In this document: in pieces, positions 17,774 to 25,984 of the stretch
How the letters are laid out: each line of letters starts with the position of its first letter
Numbering within the stretch: position 1 is the first letter of the stretch
Source of the DNA: a virus
Lineage: Duplodnaviria > Caudoviricetes
Direction: 5' to 3' (one strand)
Length of the DNA: 25,984 bases
Virus record (IMG/VR): IMGVR_UViG_3300031228_000026
Location: 1-25,984 of that record
Position numbers and translations under genes: made by a program
Notes under the pieces: model-generated
The model's input: the letters and a program-made list of their open reading frames with translations, nothing else
Told to the model about the DNA's origin: nothing
Database searches by the model: none

Positions 17774-18871
17774 ATGTATCCAGTCTCCGACCGGTTCTTG
17801 CGCACGATCGTGGAGGACCACACCCCGATCACGGAGGTCAAGCTGTTCCGCACGGACGGCTCGGTGGAGACCATCGAGCACACGGGCGGCTCGGTGTCCG
17901 TGGACCGCGGCTCGCAGACCCGCCGCACCTGCACGGTCACCTGCGGCGACGTGTCGCTGATCCCGCGCACACCGACCGACAAACTGGCCGTCTATGGGGC
18001 GACGATGCGCATCTCCCGCGGCGTGCAGTTCTCCGACGGCGCCCGCGAGTTGGTGCCGCTCGGCGTGTTCCGTATCGACAACATAGACGGCGACCCCGAC
18101 GAAGGCCCGGTCACCATCAACGGCAAAAGCCTCGAGGTCGTGGTCGCCGACGATCGGTTCACCGAGCCGTACCGGGCCAGCGGCCTCGCCGTAGGCGCGA
18201 TCGAGGCGCTGACCCAGCGCAGCATCCCGAGGGCGACGGTCGTCACCGGGCCGGGTGTGGTCGACGCGACAATCGGCGCCCGTACCTGGGACGTCGAAGG
18301 CGACCCGTGGGAAGCGGTCACCGAGATCGCCGCGGCGATCGGCTGCGACGTGTACGCCGACCCCGACGGCGTCTTCACCATCGCCCCGCTGCCCGACCTG
18401 CTGACCGTCACGCCCGCCTGGTCGATCGACGCCGGCGAGCGCGGCGCCTACATCTCCGCCTCCCGCGGCATGTCCGTCGACGGCGTCCACAACGGAATCC
18501 TGGCCCGCGGCGAGAACACCGAGTCGGGCAGCGCCCCGGTGTCGGCGCTGGTCGTCGACACCGACCCGGGCAGCCCGACGTACTGGGACGGCCCGTTCGG
18601 GCACCGGCCGGACTTCTACAGCTCGAGCACGCTCCTGACCGAGTCGCAGTGCATCTCGGCCGCCACCCTGCTGCTCCGGGCAGCCAAGGCACCGAACGCC
18701 TCGGCGGACATCACCGCCCTGCCGAACCCGGCATTGGAGTCGGGGGACGTGATCCGCGTCGCCTACCCGGACGGCATGAAAGAGCTGCACCAAGTCGCGA
18801 GCCTCGGCCTATCGCTCGAGGTTGGCGGCGACTTCACCCTTCAGACGATCAGCGCGAAGGAGGGCACGTGA
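17774..18871 (+). CDS. Minor tail / baseplate hub (Tal-like) protein; start ATG 17774
   Basis: MYPVSDRFL..., GSVSVDRGSQTRRTCTV, LVPLGVFRI, PNPALESGDVIRV motifs; GGAG upstream. Confidence 0.75.
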   Translation: MYPVSDRFLRTIVEDHTPITEVKLFRTDGSVETIEHTGGSVSVDRGSQTRRTCTVTCGDVSLIPRTPTDKLAVYGATMRISRGVQFSDGARELVPLGVFRIDNIDGDPDEGPVTINGKSLEVVVADDRFTEPYRASGLAVGAIEALTQRSIPRATVVTGPGVVDATIGARTWDVEGDPWEAVTEIAAAIGCDVYADPDGVFTIAPLPDLLTVTPAWSIDAGERGAYISASRGMSVDGVHNGILARGENTESGSAPVSALVVDTDPGSPTYWDGPFGHRPDFYSSSTLLTESQCISAATLLLRAAKAPNASADITALPNPALESGDVIRVAYPDGMKELHQVASLGLSLEVGGDFTLQTISAKEGT

Positions 18872-19596
18872 CATCGGACGACGCGCTCCGTATCCAGCTC
18901 GCCGACGCCATGCACCAGGAAGCGGTCCGCGCCGGCGCCGCTTCACCGAAGGTGCGCCGCGCGGACTGGCAGACGGCGATCGTCACCGCCGTCGGCGGTG
19001 ACGGCACGGTCAACGTGGGCGTGATCGTCGCCCGGTGTCTCGACTCGTACCCGGCGCCCGCGGTCGGGGATCAGATCTTCCTCACCAACTCAGGCGCCGG
19101 GAACTGGGTCGCGGTCGGACGCACCTCGAGTGCCGACCTGGGAATCGGGCAGTTCGCCACGGCGTGGAAGGAATCGTCGACGGCACGCGCGTCCACCACG
19201 TCGGCAACCGATGACCCCGACCTCACCATTCCGGTGGTCGCGAACGCCCGGTACGTGGTCGAGGGCTGGATCGTCACCACGAACGCGAACCAGGTCGGCG
19301 ACCTCAGATGCACCATCTCCGGCCCGGCCGGGTCTACCGGCCGCTGGAACTTGATCATGCCGTCGACGACGCTGGGCACCGACCCGGTCGAGGTGCGCGT
19401 GTCGACCAACAGCCTCGGCTCGACCCTCTCCTACGGCCAGCCGTCGACCGGCCAGTACGGCGGCCAGCTCGGCGGAATGATCGCCACCGGCGGCACACCC
19501 GGCGGCTGCGCCTTCGCCTGGGCACAGCACACATCCAACGCGACCCCGACGATCGTCGAGCCCAACTCGTGGCTACGGCTGACCCGCGTCGCATAG
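18868..19596 (+). CDS. Minor tail protein; start GTG 18868
   Basis: GTGA overlap with previous stop, AAGGAGG upstream; N-terminal AIVTAV..DGTVNV...LDSY..PAVGD pattern; beta-rich C-terminus. Confidence 0.65.
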   Translation: MTSDDALRIQLADAMHQEAVRAGAASPKVRRADWQTAIVTAVGGDGTVNVGVIVARCLDSYPAPAVGDQIFLTNSGAGNWVAVGRTSSADLGIGQFATAWKESSTARASTTSATDDPDLTIPVVANARYVVEGWIVTTNANQVGDLRCTISGPAGSTGRWNLIMPSTTLGTDPVEVRVSTNSLGSTLSYGQPSTGQYGGQLGGMIATGGTPGGCAFAWAQHTSNATPTIVEPNSWLRLTRVA

Positions 19597-19608
19597 AAGG
19601 GAGACCCC

Positions 19609-20217
19609 GTGGCGACAGACGACTACGGCCAGAGCATCGTGATTCCCGCCCTGACCGACTCGCCGAACGCCGGCACCATTGGCACCGGGATGAACAGCCT
19701 GGTGGGCCGCACGATCATGCGTTTCACGTCCGCGTCGTCCCGTAACGCCACGATCGCCAGCCCGGTGGCGGGCATGCAGGCGTGGCTCGACACCGAGAAG
19801 CTGTGGACTGGCTACGACGGCACGCAGTGGACCGTCATGGCGGCCGGCGCCTCAGCGTGGACGACCTTCCCCTTGGCCACCGGCTACTCGCACAACGGGA
19901 ACTCGAACGGAACCTGCCAGTACCGGCTGGTCAACTTCTTCGGCGAGCTCAGCGTGCAGCTGCGCGGCGGGCTGAACCTGACCTACCCGGGCGGCAGCAT
20001 CGCCAACGGATCCGTGTTCACGTCGTCCGCGCTGCCGACGGCGGCCCGCCCGTCGACGCTGCGCACCACGCCGGCCGCATGCTCGGCGGTGTCCTCCAGC
20101 GTCGTCTCCCTCAAAATCGACGCACAGACCGGCGGCCATTTCCTCGTCGTCGGCACCAACGGCTCGACCGACCAGCCGCCATGGGTGTCCCTCAACGGGA
20201 TCATGTACTCGCTCTAA
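19609..20217 (+). CDS. Minor tail / fibre-associated protein
   Basis: MRFTSASSRNATIASPVAGMQAWL, LPTAARP and WVSLNGI motifs typical of tail fibre modules; GGGAG RBS. Confidence 0.65.
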   Translation: MATDDYGQSIVIPALTDSPNAGTIGTGMNSLVGRTIMRFTSASSRNATIASPVAGMQAWLDTEKLWTGYDGTQWTVMAAGASAWTTFPLATGYSHNGNSNGTCQYRLVNFFGELSVQLRGGLNLTYPGGSIANGSVFTSSALPTAARPSTLRTTPAACSAVSSSVVSLKIDAQTGGHFLVVGTNGSTDQPPWVSLNGIMYSL

Positions 20218-20238
20218 GGCCCCCGACCCGGGGGCCTT
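20216..20238 (+). terminator. Stem-loop after the tail genes
   Basis: AAGGCCCCC-gaccc-GGGGGCCTT followed by CTTC. Confidence 0.6.
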
Positions 20239-20256
20239 CTTCATGAAGGGGGCGCC

Positions 20257-20523
20257 GTGCCTCTGCCTGCCGGCAGCCACAGCATCAGCTACTACGTGAC
20301 CCAGTACGGCGACGACCTGTCGATCTCCCTCGAGGTCCGGTTCGCCATCGACTCCAACACGCCGGCCACGTCCGTGGACGTAGCCGGCCAGGTGGCGATG
20401 GAGGCGTTCGTCGCCAAGCTGCAGGAGCTCAACCCTGCCTATCCGGTGTCCGCCCGCCGCTCCTACCACTGCCAGCGGGACGGCGACCCGTGGACGCCGC
20501 CACAGCTGAACGGGGGTGCGTGA
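20257..20523 (+). CDS. Hypothetical protein, 88 aa
   Basis: AAGGGGG before GTG; high GC3; stop overlaps lysin ATG. Confidence 0.65.
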   Translation: MPLPAGSHSISYYVTQYGDDLSISLEVRFAIDSNTPATSVDVAGQVAMEAFVAKLQELNPAYPVSARRSYHCQRDGDPWTPPQLNGGA

Positions 20524-21524
20524 TGGCGACACCACTGACCCACGATCAATGGCTGACGAAGCTCCGCGCGGAGGGCGTCACCGTCACCGAGTACCCCGGG
20601 TGGCGCACCCGCGAGCGGGACGACGAGACCGGCAAGACCTTCGGCCCGGTCCGAATGTTCCTCAACCACCACACCGCCGGCCGCAACAGCCGAGACCTGG
20701 TGGCGAAGAACGGCGCGCCCGGCCTGCCCGGGCCCCTCGCGCACGTCCACCTCGCCAAGTCCGGCGTGGCCACGATGTGCAGCGCGGGCCGCACCAACCA
20801 CGCCGGGCTCATGGCGCTCAACGCCTACGCCTCGTTCCGGGACGAGAAGTCGATCCACCCGGCCCCGTCGCGCGCCTCGGGCACGGTCGACGGCAATGAC
20901 GTCGCCTACGGCATCGAGACGGAGAACCTCGGCGACGGCCAGGACGAGTACCCGCGCGAGCAGTACGACGCATGGGTACGGATCAACGCCGCCGCGTGCC
21001 GCCACCACGGCTGGACGGCCGACTCCTGCGGCGGGCACCTCGAGACGTCCATCGAGGGAAAAATCGACCCGCGCGGACCTGTCGAGGGCTACGGCAGCCG
21101 GGGCCGCTTCGCCTTCACCATGCGCCAGTTCCGGGCCGACGTCGATGAGCGCCTCGCGCACCCTGCGTCGTGGTCACCCGGCACCACCACCCCGCCGCCC
21201 CCGCAGCAGCAGGAGGACGACATGAAGATGACCGACATCGTCACGATCAGCGGCTGGATCAAGGCGCGCTGGAAGGACCTCGCCGACGGGAAGATCAGCG
21301 TCAACACCGCGCTCGCCAGCGGCTACGCCCACAGCCGTGCCGCCAACGAGAACACCGTCGCCATCCTCACCCAACTCCGCGCGCAGACCGCGGCCATCGA
21401 GAAGCTCGCCCAGCTCGTCGGCTCCGACGTCGACACCGCACAGGTTGTGGCCGCTGTCGAGCGGGCCATCGCCGACGCCGTCGTCCAGGTCGACGTCGAC
21501 ATCACCGGCGCAGACCGCGCCTGA
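20523..21524 (+). CDS. Endolysin, N-acetylmuramoyl-L-alanine amidase (Amidase_2-like); start ATG 20523
   Basis: NHHTAG, LPGPLAH, NHAG, YGIETEN, GHLE...GKIDP zinc-amidase motifs; Pro-rich linker. Confidence 0.9.
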   Translation: MATPLTHDQWLTKLRAEGVTVTEYPGWRTRERDDETGKTFGPVRMFLNHHTAGRNSRDLVAKNGAPGLPGPLAHVHLAKSGVATMCSAGRTNHAGLMALNAYASFRDEKSIHPAPSRASGTVDGNDVAYGIETENLGDGQDEYPREQYDAWVRINAAACRHHGWTADSCGGHLETSIEGKIDPRGPVEGYGSRGRFAFTMRQFRADVDERLAHPASWSPGTTTPPPPQQQEDDMKMTDIVTISGWIKARWKDLADGKISVNTALASGYAHSRAANENTVAILTQLRAQTAAIEKLAQLVGSDVDTAQVVAAVERAIADAVVQVDVDITGADRA

Positions 21525-21541
21525 CAGAACGGATCACCATC

Positions 21542-21889
21542 ATGAGAACCTTCGGACGAGAGCCCGCTCTCATCATCGCCGCCGTGTCGGCGAGCCTGTC
21601 GCTGCTCGTCTCTTTCCAGTTCGGCCTGTCGGGCGAGCAGGCGGGTGCGATCGTCGCCGTCGTCAGTGCCGTGTTCGCCGCGGCCACCGCCGCCGTCACC
21701 AGGCCCATCGCCCCCTCCGCGTTCACCGGCCTCGTCGCCGCCGCAGTTGCCCTGCTCGGCGCCTACGGATTCAACGTCAGCCCCGAGACCGTCGGCGCCC
21801 TGAACGCCGTCGTCCTCGCCGTCCTCGGACTCGCCACCCGCGGGCAGGTGTCACCCACGCCGGCCAAATCCCCCGTCTCTGGAGTGTGA
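21542..21889 (+). CDS. Putative holin; start ATG 21542
   Basis: MRTFGREPALI..., about four hydrophobic segments, C-terminal RGQVSP; directly after lysin. Confidence 0.8.
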   Translation: MRTFGREPALIIAAVSASLSLLVSFQFGLSGEQAGAIVAVVSAVFAAATAAVTRPIAPSAFTGLVAAAVALLGAYGFNVSPETVGALNAVVLAVLGLATRGQVSPTPAKSPVSGV

Positions 21890-22327
21890 GTGAGGTGCCG
21901 TCTGCTGCGGCGGCTAACACGGCGACTCGGCCGCCGCGGCGCGTTCCTCCTCTGCTTCGGCACCGTGTGGGCACTCATCGGCTACGGCCAGGTGACGTCC
22001 CCGCAGCGTGACCAGCGGGCCCTCAAGCTCCTGTTGGACATCATGCCCCTCGACGCGTGGGGCTCGTGCTGGCTCGCGGCCGGACTGATCGCAATGGTGT
22101 CCGCCTGGCTGCCACAGGGCCGGGACTGGCCCGGGTTCCTCGCCCTCCCGCTGATCGTCCTCCCGTGGTGTTTCGCCTACCTCCTGGCCTGGTGGCCACT
22201 CGGTATCTTCCCTAGGGGGTGGATTGCGGCTGCTCTGTACGGCGCGCTCGCCATAGGGATCTTTGTAGTGGCCGGGTGGCGGGAGCCGCCTCGGCCGAAG
22301 AGAGCGGAGCCTCCCTATGAATCCTGA
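21890..22327 (+). CDS. Multi-pass membrane protein in the lysis cassette
   Basis: Basic N-terminus LGRRGAFL then about four hydrophobic segments. Confidence 0.7.
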   Translation: MRCRLLRRLTRRLGRRGAFLLCFGTVWALIGYGQVTSPQRDQRALKLLLDIMPLDAWGSCWLAAGLIAMVSAWLPQGRDWPGFLALPLIVLPWCFAYLLAWWPLGIFPRGWIAAALYGALAIGIFVVAGWREPPRPKRAEPPYES

Positions 22328-22670
22328 CGCGTACATCACCCTGGGGGCCACGGCGCTCACCGGCGGATTCGCCGCCTGGGGCGCCCGGTCCGCGCGTCGG
22401 ACAAGGCGCGACCACCGGCGGGACGACTTCACCGCGATCACCGACCAGCAGAACAAGGCGATCGAGCGGTTGGAGAAGCGGATCGCGTTGCGGGAGCAGG
22501 AGGCCGACCGGCTCGGACAGCGGATCACCGACCAGGACGCGGCGATCGACTGGCTCCGTGGCCGACTGCGAGACCTCGTCGGCTACATCCGCACCCGCGG
22601 AGAAGAGCCGCCCGTCGCGCGGCCTATCCCCGAGCGCGCGGCCCGCATCCTGAACGGCATCGACGTGTGA
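22317..22670 (+). CDS. N-terminally anchored coiled-coil protein in the lysis cassette
   Basis: One hydrophobic N-terminal segment, heptad-rich middle, Pro-containing tail; GGAG upstream. Confidence 0.7.
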   Translation: MNPDAYITLGATALTGGFAAWGARSARRTRRDHRRDDFTAITDQQNKAIERLEKRIALREQEADRLGQRITDQDAAIDWLRGRLRDLVGYIRTRGEEPPVARPIPERAARILNGIDV

Positions 22671-22683
22671 GAACTGGAGTGCG

Positions 22684-22986
22684 ATGACCGAACAACCCGC
22701 GCCGCGCCGGGTGGAGCGGCGGATCGACGAGTCCGCGGCGGACATGGGAACACTCGCCGACATGGGCTATGGCCAGCCGCCACCCGTGCCCGTAGCGAAA
22801 CCCCTGCCTGGCCCGTCACCGACAGAGCAGGCCAACGAAGCAGCCATCCAGGCAGCGCTGACGGAAGCTGGGGTGACGAAGTCAGGCCGCGACGAGCAAG
22901 TCATCGACGTCCTCGCCAAGCTGGACCCCGCCGACGTCGAGGCTGTCACCCGCTGGCTCCAGACGAAGAAGGACCCGGCCAAGTGA
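22684..22986 (+). CDS. Hypothetical protein, 100 aa
   Basis: GGAG RBS at 22676-22679; followed by terminator. Confidence 0.65.
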   Translation: MTEQPAPRRVERRIDESAADMGTLADMGYGQPPPVPVAKPLPGPSPTEQANEAAIQAALTEAGVTKSGRDEQVIDVLAKLDPADVEAVTRWLQTKKDPAK

Positions 22987-22988
22987 TA

Positions 22989-23027
22989 CGCCCCCACCGC
23001 AAGCCCGTTGGGGCAGCGGTGGGGGCG
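22989..23027 (+). terminator. Intrinsic terminator-like hairpin ending the late operon
   Basis: CGCCCCCACCGC (22989-23000) / GCGGTGGGGGCG (23016-23027), then TTCT. Confidence 0.75.
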
Positions 23028-23050
23028 TTCTGCTGCGTCTGTGCAACCTG

Positions 23051-23080
23051 CTGACACAGGCCAACTCTATGGTTGATAAT
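23051..23080 (+). promoter_or_regulatory. Candidate housekeeping-sigma promoter for the recombinase operon
   Basis: CTGACA (23051-23056), 18 bp spacer, GATAAT (23075-23080). Confidence 0.5.
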
Positions 23081-23096
23081 GACAGTTATCCCATAC
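23069..23096. other. dif-like tyrosine recombinase site (11-6-11)
   Basis: ATGGTTGATAA-TGACAG-TTATCCCATAC: inverted GATAA/TTATC cores around a 6-bp spacer, AT-rich island in GC-rich DNA, upstream of a Xer-like gene. Confidence 0.62.
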
Positions 23097-23112
23097 CGAG
23101 AGAGGATGGCCA

Positions 23113-23388
23113 GTGCCTACCTTCAAGCGTCTCAAGCGGTCGGACCTCGATGTCCTGACCCGAGCAGAACTCCAGGACCGCATCGAAGCTGAGAACGCGT
23201 ACTGGGATCGCAAGTGCCGCAGGGGTCTTAGTGAGGCCGACGCTGTTGCGCATCGGGAGTTCAGTGTGATCCTCCACGCCGCGATCGACCCCGGCGCATC
23301 TCTGGCCCACGCACAGCGCTACCTGGAGACCGGCGTAGACAACGGTTACTGGGACGAGAAGCCTGGCGCACCGCGGAGCGGTTCGTGA
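23113..23388 (+). CDS. Hypothetical protein, 91 aa
   Basis: GAGAGGA before GTG; stop overlaps next start. Confidence 0.62.
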   Translation: MPTFKRLKRSDLDVLTRAELQDRIEAENAYWDRKCRRGLSEADAVAHREFSVILHAAIDPGASLAHAQRYLETGVDNGYWDEKPGAPRSGS

Positions 23389-23621
23389 CCGGGCGTTCCT
23401 CGCATCGCTGCACCGATCGGTGCCGCTGTCCGATCCACGAGACGCCCCTCGTCTACTGGCCCGCTGGCGCCGACCACGCCTGCCAGAACGCGGACTGCGA
23501 GTACGCGCAGGGCTTCAAGCCGGTCGAGCCGACGCCCGCTGGCCAGGCAGTCCTTAATGCCCAAGCGATCCTGATGTGGCGGCATCACCCTGACCTCAAG
23601 AACCTAGGAGGCGAGGAGTGA
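23385..23621 (+). CDS. Small Cys/His-rich hypothetical protein, 78 aa
   Basis: CTDRCRCPIH...HACQNADC; GTGA overlaps at both ends. Confidence 0.6.
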   Translation: MTGRSSHRCTDRCRCPIHETPLVYWPAGADHACQNADCEYAQGFKPVEPTPAGQAVLNAQAILMWRHHPDLKNLGGEE

Positions 23622-24658
23622 CCGCCCTCGTCCCGCGCCCTTCGGCGGAGCTGTCGACCGACCGGCACGACCCCCGCAACGACTGGCACAAGCTGGCCCG
23701 CGACCTCGCGAACGATCTCGCCGAGATCTACGGCAACGGCGACCCCTTGCCGACCACTGCCGGGGCATGGATCGCCCGCCAGAAGTCAGACCACACGAAG
23801 CGCGCCTACGCGCGAGCATTCCGACGCTGGGAAAAGTACGCGCGCAGCACTGGCGCCCACCCCCTCCAGGCAAGGCTCCCCCTCGCGGACGCCTACGCCA
23901 ACAACGTCGCGAAGACGCCCGCCCGCCAGGGGAAGCCACCCCAGGACGCCACGATCGCCCAGACGCTCTCGGCCGCCGCGTCGTTCTACGACTACGCGAT
24001 CGAGGTCGGCATCACCGAGGTCAACCCGTTCAGCGGGGTCCAGCGCCCCGACATCGATCCCGATTACTCGCCGACCGAGGGCATGACCGAGGAGGAGACG
24101 ACCCGGCTCATCCAGACGGCCGCCGACTGGGCGCCCCGCTCCTACGCCCTCGTCATGCTCCTGTACCTCACGGGCGCCCGCGTCGACGAGCTCCTCTCCC
24201 TCAACGCCGACCAGCTCGGCTACGACCGAGGACACCGCACCCTGCCCCTCACCCAGAAGGGCGGCAAGAAGCGGCCCGTGCCCGTGCCGCCGCTCGCCCT
24301 CGACGCGCTCCTCGCCTACCTCGGCGACCGCACCAACGGCCCACTGTTCGCCACCGATACCGGCCGGCGCTGGACCCAGCCCGAAGTCTGGAAGCACCTC
24401 CGCGTACTCGCCCGCCGCGCCAGCCTCCCGCAAGCCGCCAGCATCAAGCCCCACACCCTGCGGCACCAGTTCATCACCGACAACCTCGCCAACGGCATCC
24501 CCCTCCAAGACGTCCAAGACGCCGTCAGCCACACCGACCCGCGCACCACCCAGCGGTACAACCGGCGACGCCGCCAGCTCGACAACCACCCCGCCTACGC
24601 CCTCGCCAGCCGGCTCGCCGAACGGCTGCAGCCCGAAGGGGCAGCCAATGGCGAATAG
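23618..24658 (+). CDS. Tyrosine recombinase (XerC/XerD-like)
   Basis: TGARVDEL (R), QKGGK (K), PHTLRH (HxxR), SHTDPRTTQRY (H, Y); core-binding domain with SFY and NPF. Confidence 0.93.
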   Translation: MTALVPRPSAELSTDRHDPRNDWHKLARDLANDLAEIYGNGDPLPTTAGAWIARQKSDHTKRAYARAFRRWEKYARSTGAHPLQARLPLADAYANNVAKTPARQGKPPQDATIAQTLSAAASFYDYAIEVGITEVNPFSGVQRPDIDPDYSPTEGMTEEETTRLIQTAADWAPRSYALVMLLYLTGARVDELLSLNADQLGYDRGHRTLPLTQKGGKKRPVPVPPLALDALLAYLGDRTNGPLFATDTGRRWTQPEVWKHLRVLARRASLPQAASIKPHTLRHQFITDNLANGIPLQDVQDAVSHTDPRTTQRYNRRRRQLDNHPAYALASRLAERLQPEGAANGE

Positions 24659-24920
24659 GACCGACGCGCTCACCCGGCTCGTACAGCAGCACGTCGGTGA
24701 GGGGCGAGCCATGCGGATCAGGGAGTTCGCCGACCGGGCGGTGGATCCGGAGACCGGCACTTCTATCAGCAAGAGCCTCGTCGGCAACCTCGTCACGGGC
24801 AGCCAGGTGAAGATCAGCCCTGCTCTCATCCGTGCCATCGCCGCAGGGCTGAACCTCCCGCTGCGCACCGTCCAGGCCGCCGCCGCCGAGCAGTACGTGG
24901 GCGTGACCCTCAGCGAATAG
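24648..24920 (+). CDS. XRE-like helix-turn-helix protein
   Basis: IREFADRA.....SISKSLVGNL......LIRAIAAGL.LP pattern. Confidence 0.7.
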   Translation: MANRTDALTRLVQQHVGEGRAMRIREFADRAVDPETGTSISKSLVGNLVTGSQVKISPALIRAIAAGLNLPLRTVQAAAAEQYVGVTLSE

Positions 24921-24995
24921 TCGATGATCGTTATGCGCTGGTCGTGTTCGGTTCGGTTATCCCGCCGGATCGAGCAACCCCGTCCCGCTCACACG

Positions 24996-25027
24996 GAACG
25001 CCCGCCCCCTCACGGGGGCGGGCGTTC
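24996..25027. terminator. 14-bp perfect hairpin between convergent genes (probably bidirectional terminator)
   Basis: GAACGCCCGCCCCC-tcac-GGGGGCGGGCGTTC. Confidence 0.8.
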
Positions 25028-25033
25028 GTGCGT

Positions 25034-25306
25034 CTACATGGCTGCTCGTTCTTCACGGATTTCGCTGACGCTGGCGAGGAGGGTGCCCTCCGACTGCTCG
25101 TAGTGGGACAGGGCGAGGCCGAGCCCGAAGAAGGTGGGTGCCCATTCGCCGATGAAGATTCCCCACCGGTCGGCGCGGGCTATGCCGGCCCCGGGTTCGG
25201 CGTTGAGGGACATTGCCCAGGTGGCGATGGAGAGGCCGATGGATGCGAACGCGGCCGTGTAGGCGTGCTCGCTTCGCATGCCCATCTCGTGCAGCTTCTT
25301 GATCAT
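25034..25306 (-). CDS. Small membrane protein, 90 aa (start ATG 25306)
   Basis: MIKKLHEMG...AFASIGLSIATW...ADRWGIFIGEWAPTFFGLGLAL; two hydrophobic segments; AGGGA upstream. Confidence 0.72.
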   Translation of the reverse strand: MIKKLHEMGMRSEHAYTAAFASIGLSIATWAMSLNAEPGAGIARADRWGIFIGEWAPTFFGLGLALSHYEQSEGTLLASVSEIREERAAM

Positions 25307-25712
25307 GGCTATCCCTGGGGTGTGAGGGGTCAGGATCTCCATCAGCGTCACCCAGATGGTGGGAGCGCGCATCCGGAGCCACCCCCTGCCGGGCCCCTCG
25401 TGCCAAACTTGCCCCACGCCCCGCCTCTGCCCCCGTGGAGGCGGGGCGGTCACGCGTTCTGGCCAACCTCGTCCCCAGTGGCTGGTTCAGGTGCATGCTG
25501 TGCGGACCTCGTCCGCGGGTGCTACGTCCGGGCGAGGCCGCGCCCCTCCCGGCTCCCCACGGAAGGGCAGGCGCATGCCCGCGTGAGCATCACCCCGGCG
25601 TTGTCGGTGGCGCCTGAGACACTGGACGCATCGACCCTACGAGCAAGTCGGGGATCGCTTCTGGCCCGCCGCGGCGTGATGCACCGCGGCGGGCTCGCTG
25701 CTAGGAGGACAC

Positions 25713-25984
25713 GTGGACGACCTGGTGCAGTTCCTGCGGACCCGCCTCGACGAAGAGCAGCGAGAGGCCGAGGCCGCGTTGAAGCGGACGACGACCACCC
25801 GCCGCATGATCCAAGGTCAGTGGATTGAGGACACGGTCCAGCCGCCTGAGTGGCGCCGCTCAGCATGGTCCCCGGCCCGCGTCCTCGCCGAAGTCGACGC
25901 CAAGCGGAAGCGGCTGAAGCAGATCGAAGACGCCATCAACGCCGGACACGACTCCTACGACCTAGCGGCCACACTGCTCCCACT
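25713..25984 (+). CDS. Partial CDS running off the window, resembling the DUF6221 family
   Basis: AGGAGG at 25703-25708, GTG 25713; MDDLVQFLRTRLDEEQ...SPARVLAEVDAKR; absent from the ORF track because no stop is in the window. Confidence 0.72.
   Translation, partial: MDDLVQFLRTRLDEEQREAEAALKRTTTTRRMIQGQWIEDTVQPPEWRRSAWSPARVLAEVDAKRKRLKQIEDAINAGHDSYDLAATLLP

Larger units (their letters stand above)
1..23027 (+). mobile_element. Siphovirus-type phage/prophage packaging, head, tail and lysis region (element boundaries not visible; it may extend beyond both ends of this interval)
   Basis: Canonical order terS-terL-portal-MuF-scaffold-MCP-connectors-tail tube-chaperones-TMP-baseplate-lysin-holin, with tightly coupled starts and stops. 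Confidence 0.95.

Noticed and set aside
23618-24658. Recombinase as a tail-fibre shufflon invertase, or as host xerC/xerD
   Set aside because: No inverted cassettes or repeated crossover sites seen in the tail genes; context is accessory, so no gene symbol assigned
24944-25828. 294-aa + strand ORF
   Set aside because: Crosses a strong terminator and two better-supported genes; low-complexity translation with no motif

Overview
High-GC actinobacterial (Streptomyces-like) DNA carrying the late arm of a siphovirus-type phage or prophage. On the + strand the order is HNH nuclease, terminase small and large subunits, portal, MuF-like protein, scaffold, major capsid, head-tail connectors, tail tube, frameshifted tail chaperones, tape measure with a C-terminal NlpC/P60 domain, baseplate/minor tail genes and a lysis cassette. 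After a terminator comes a separate four-gene operon with a Xer-like tyrosine recombinase and an HTH protein, preceded by a dif-like 11-6-11 site and followed by a dif-like half site. Most notable: (1) a GT4 glycosyltransferase translationally coupled to the capsid gene (candidate virion glycosylation); (2) recurring hairpins with C(T/A)GG(A/T) loops over the ribosome-binding regions of head and tail genes (candidate translational operator system); (3) pseudoknot/switch-capable RNA elements flanking the tail tube gene; (4) the dif-like site/recombinase cassette; (5) an antisense gene inside the neck cluster; (6) an internal start in the endolysin. All calls come from motif recognition and gene order; no database searches were run.
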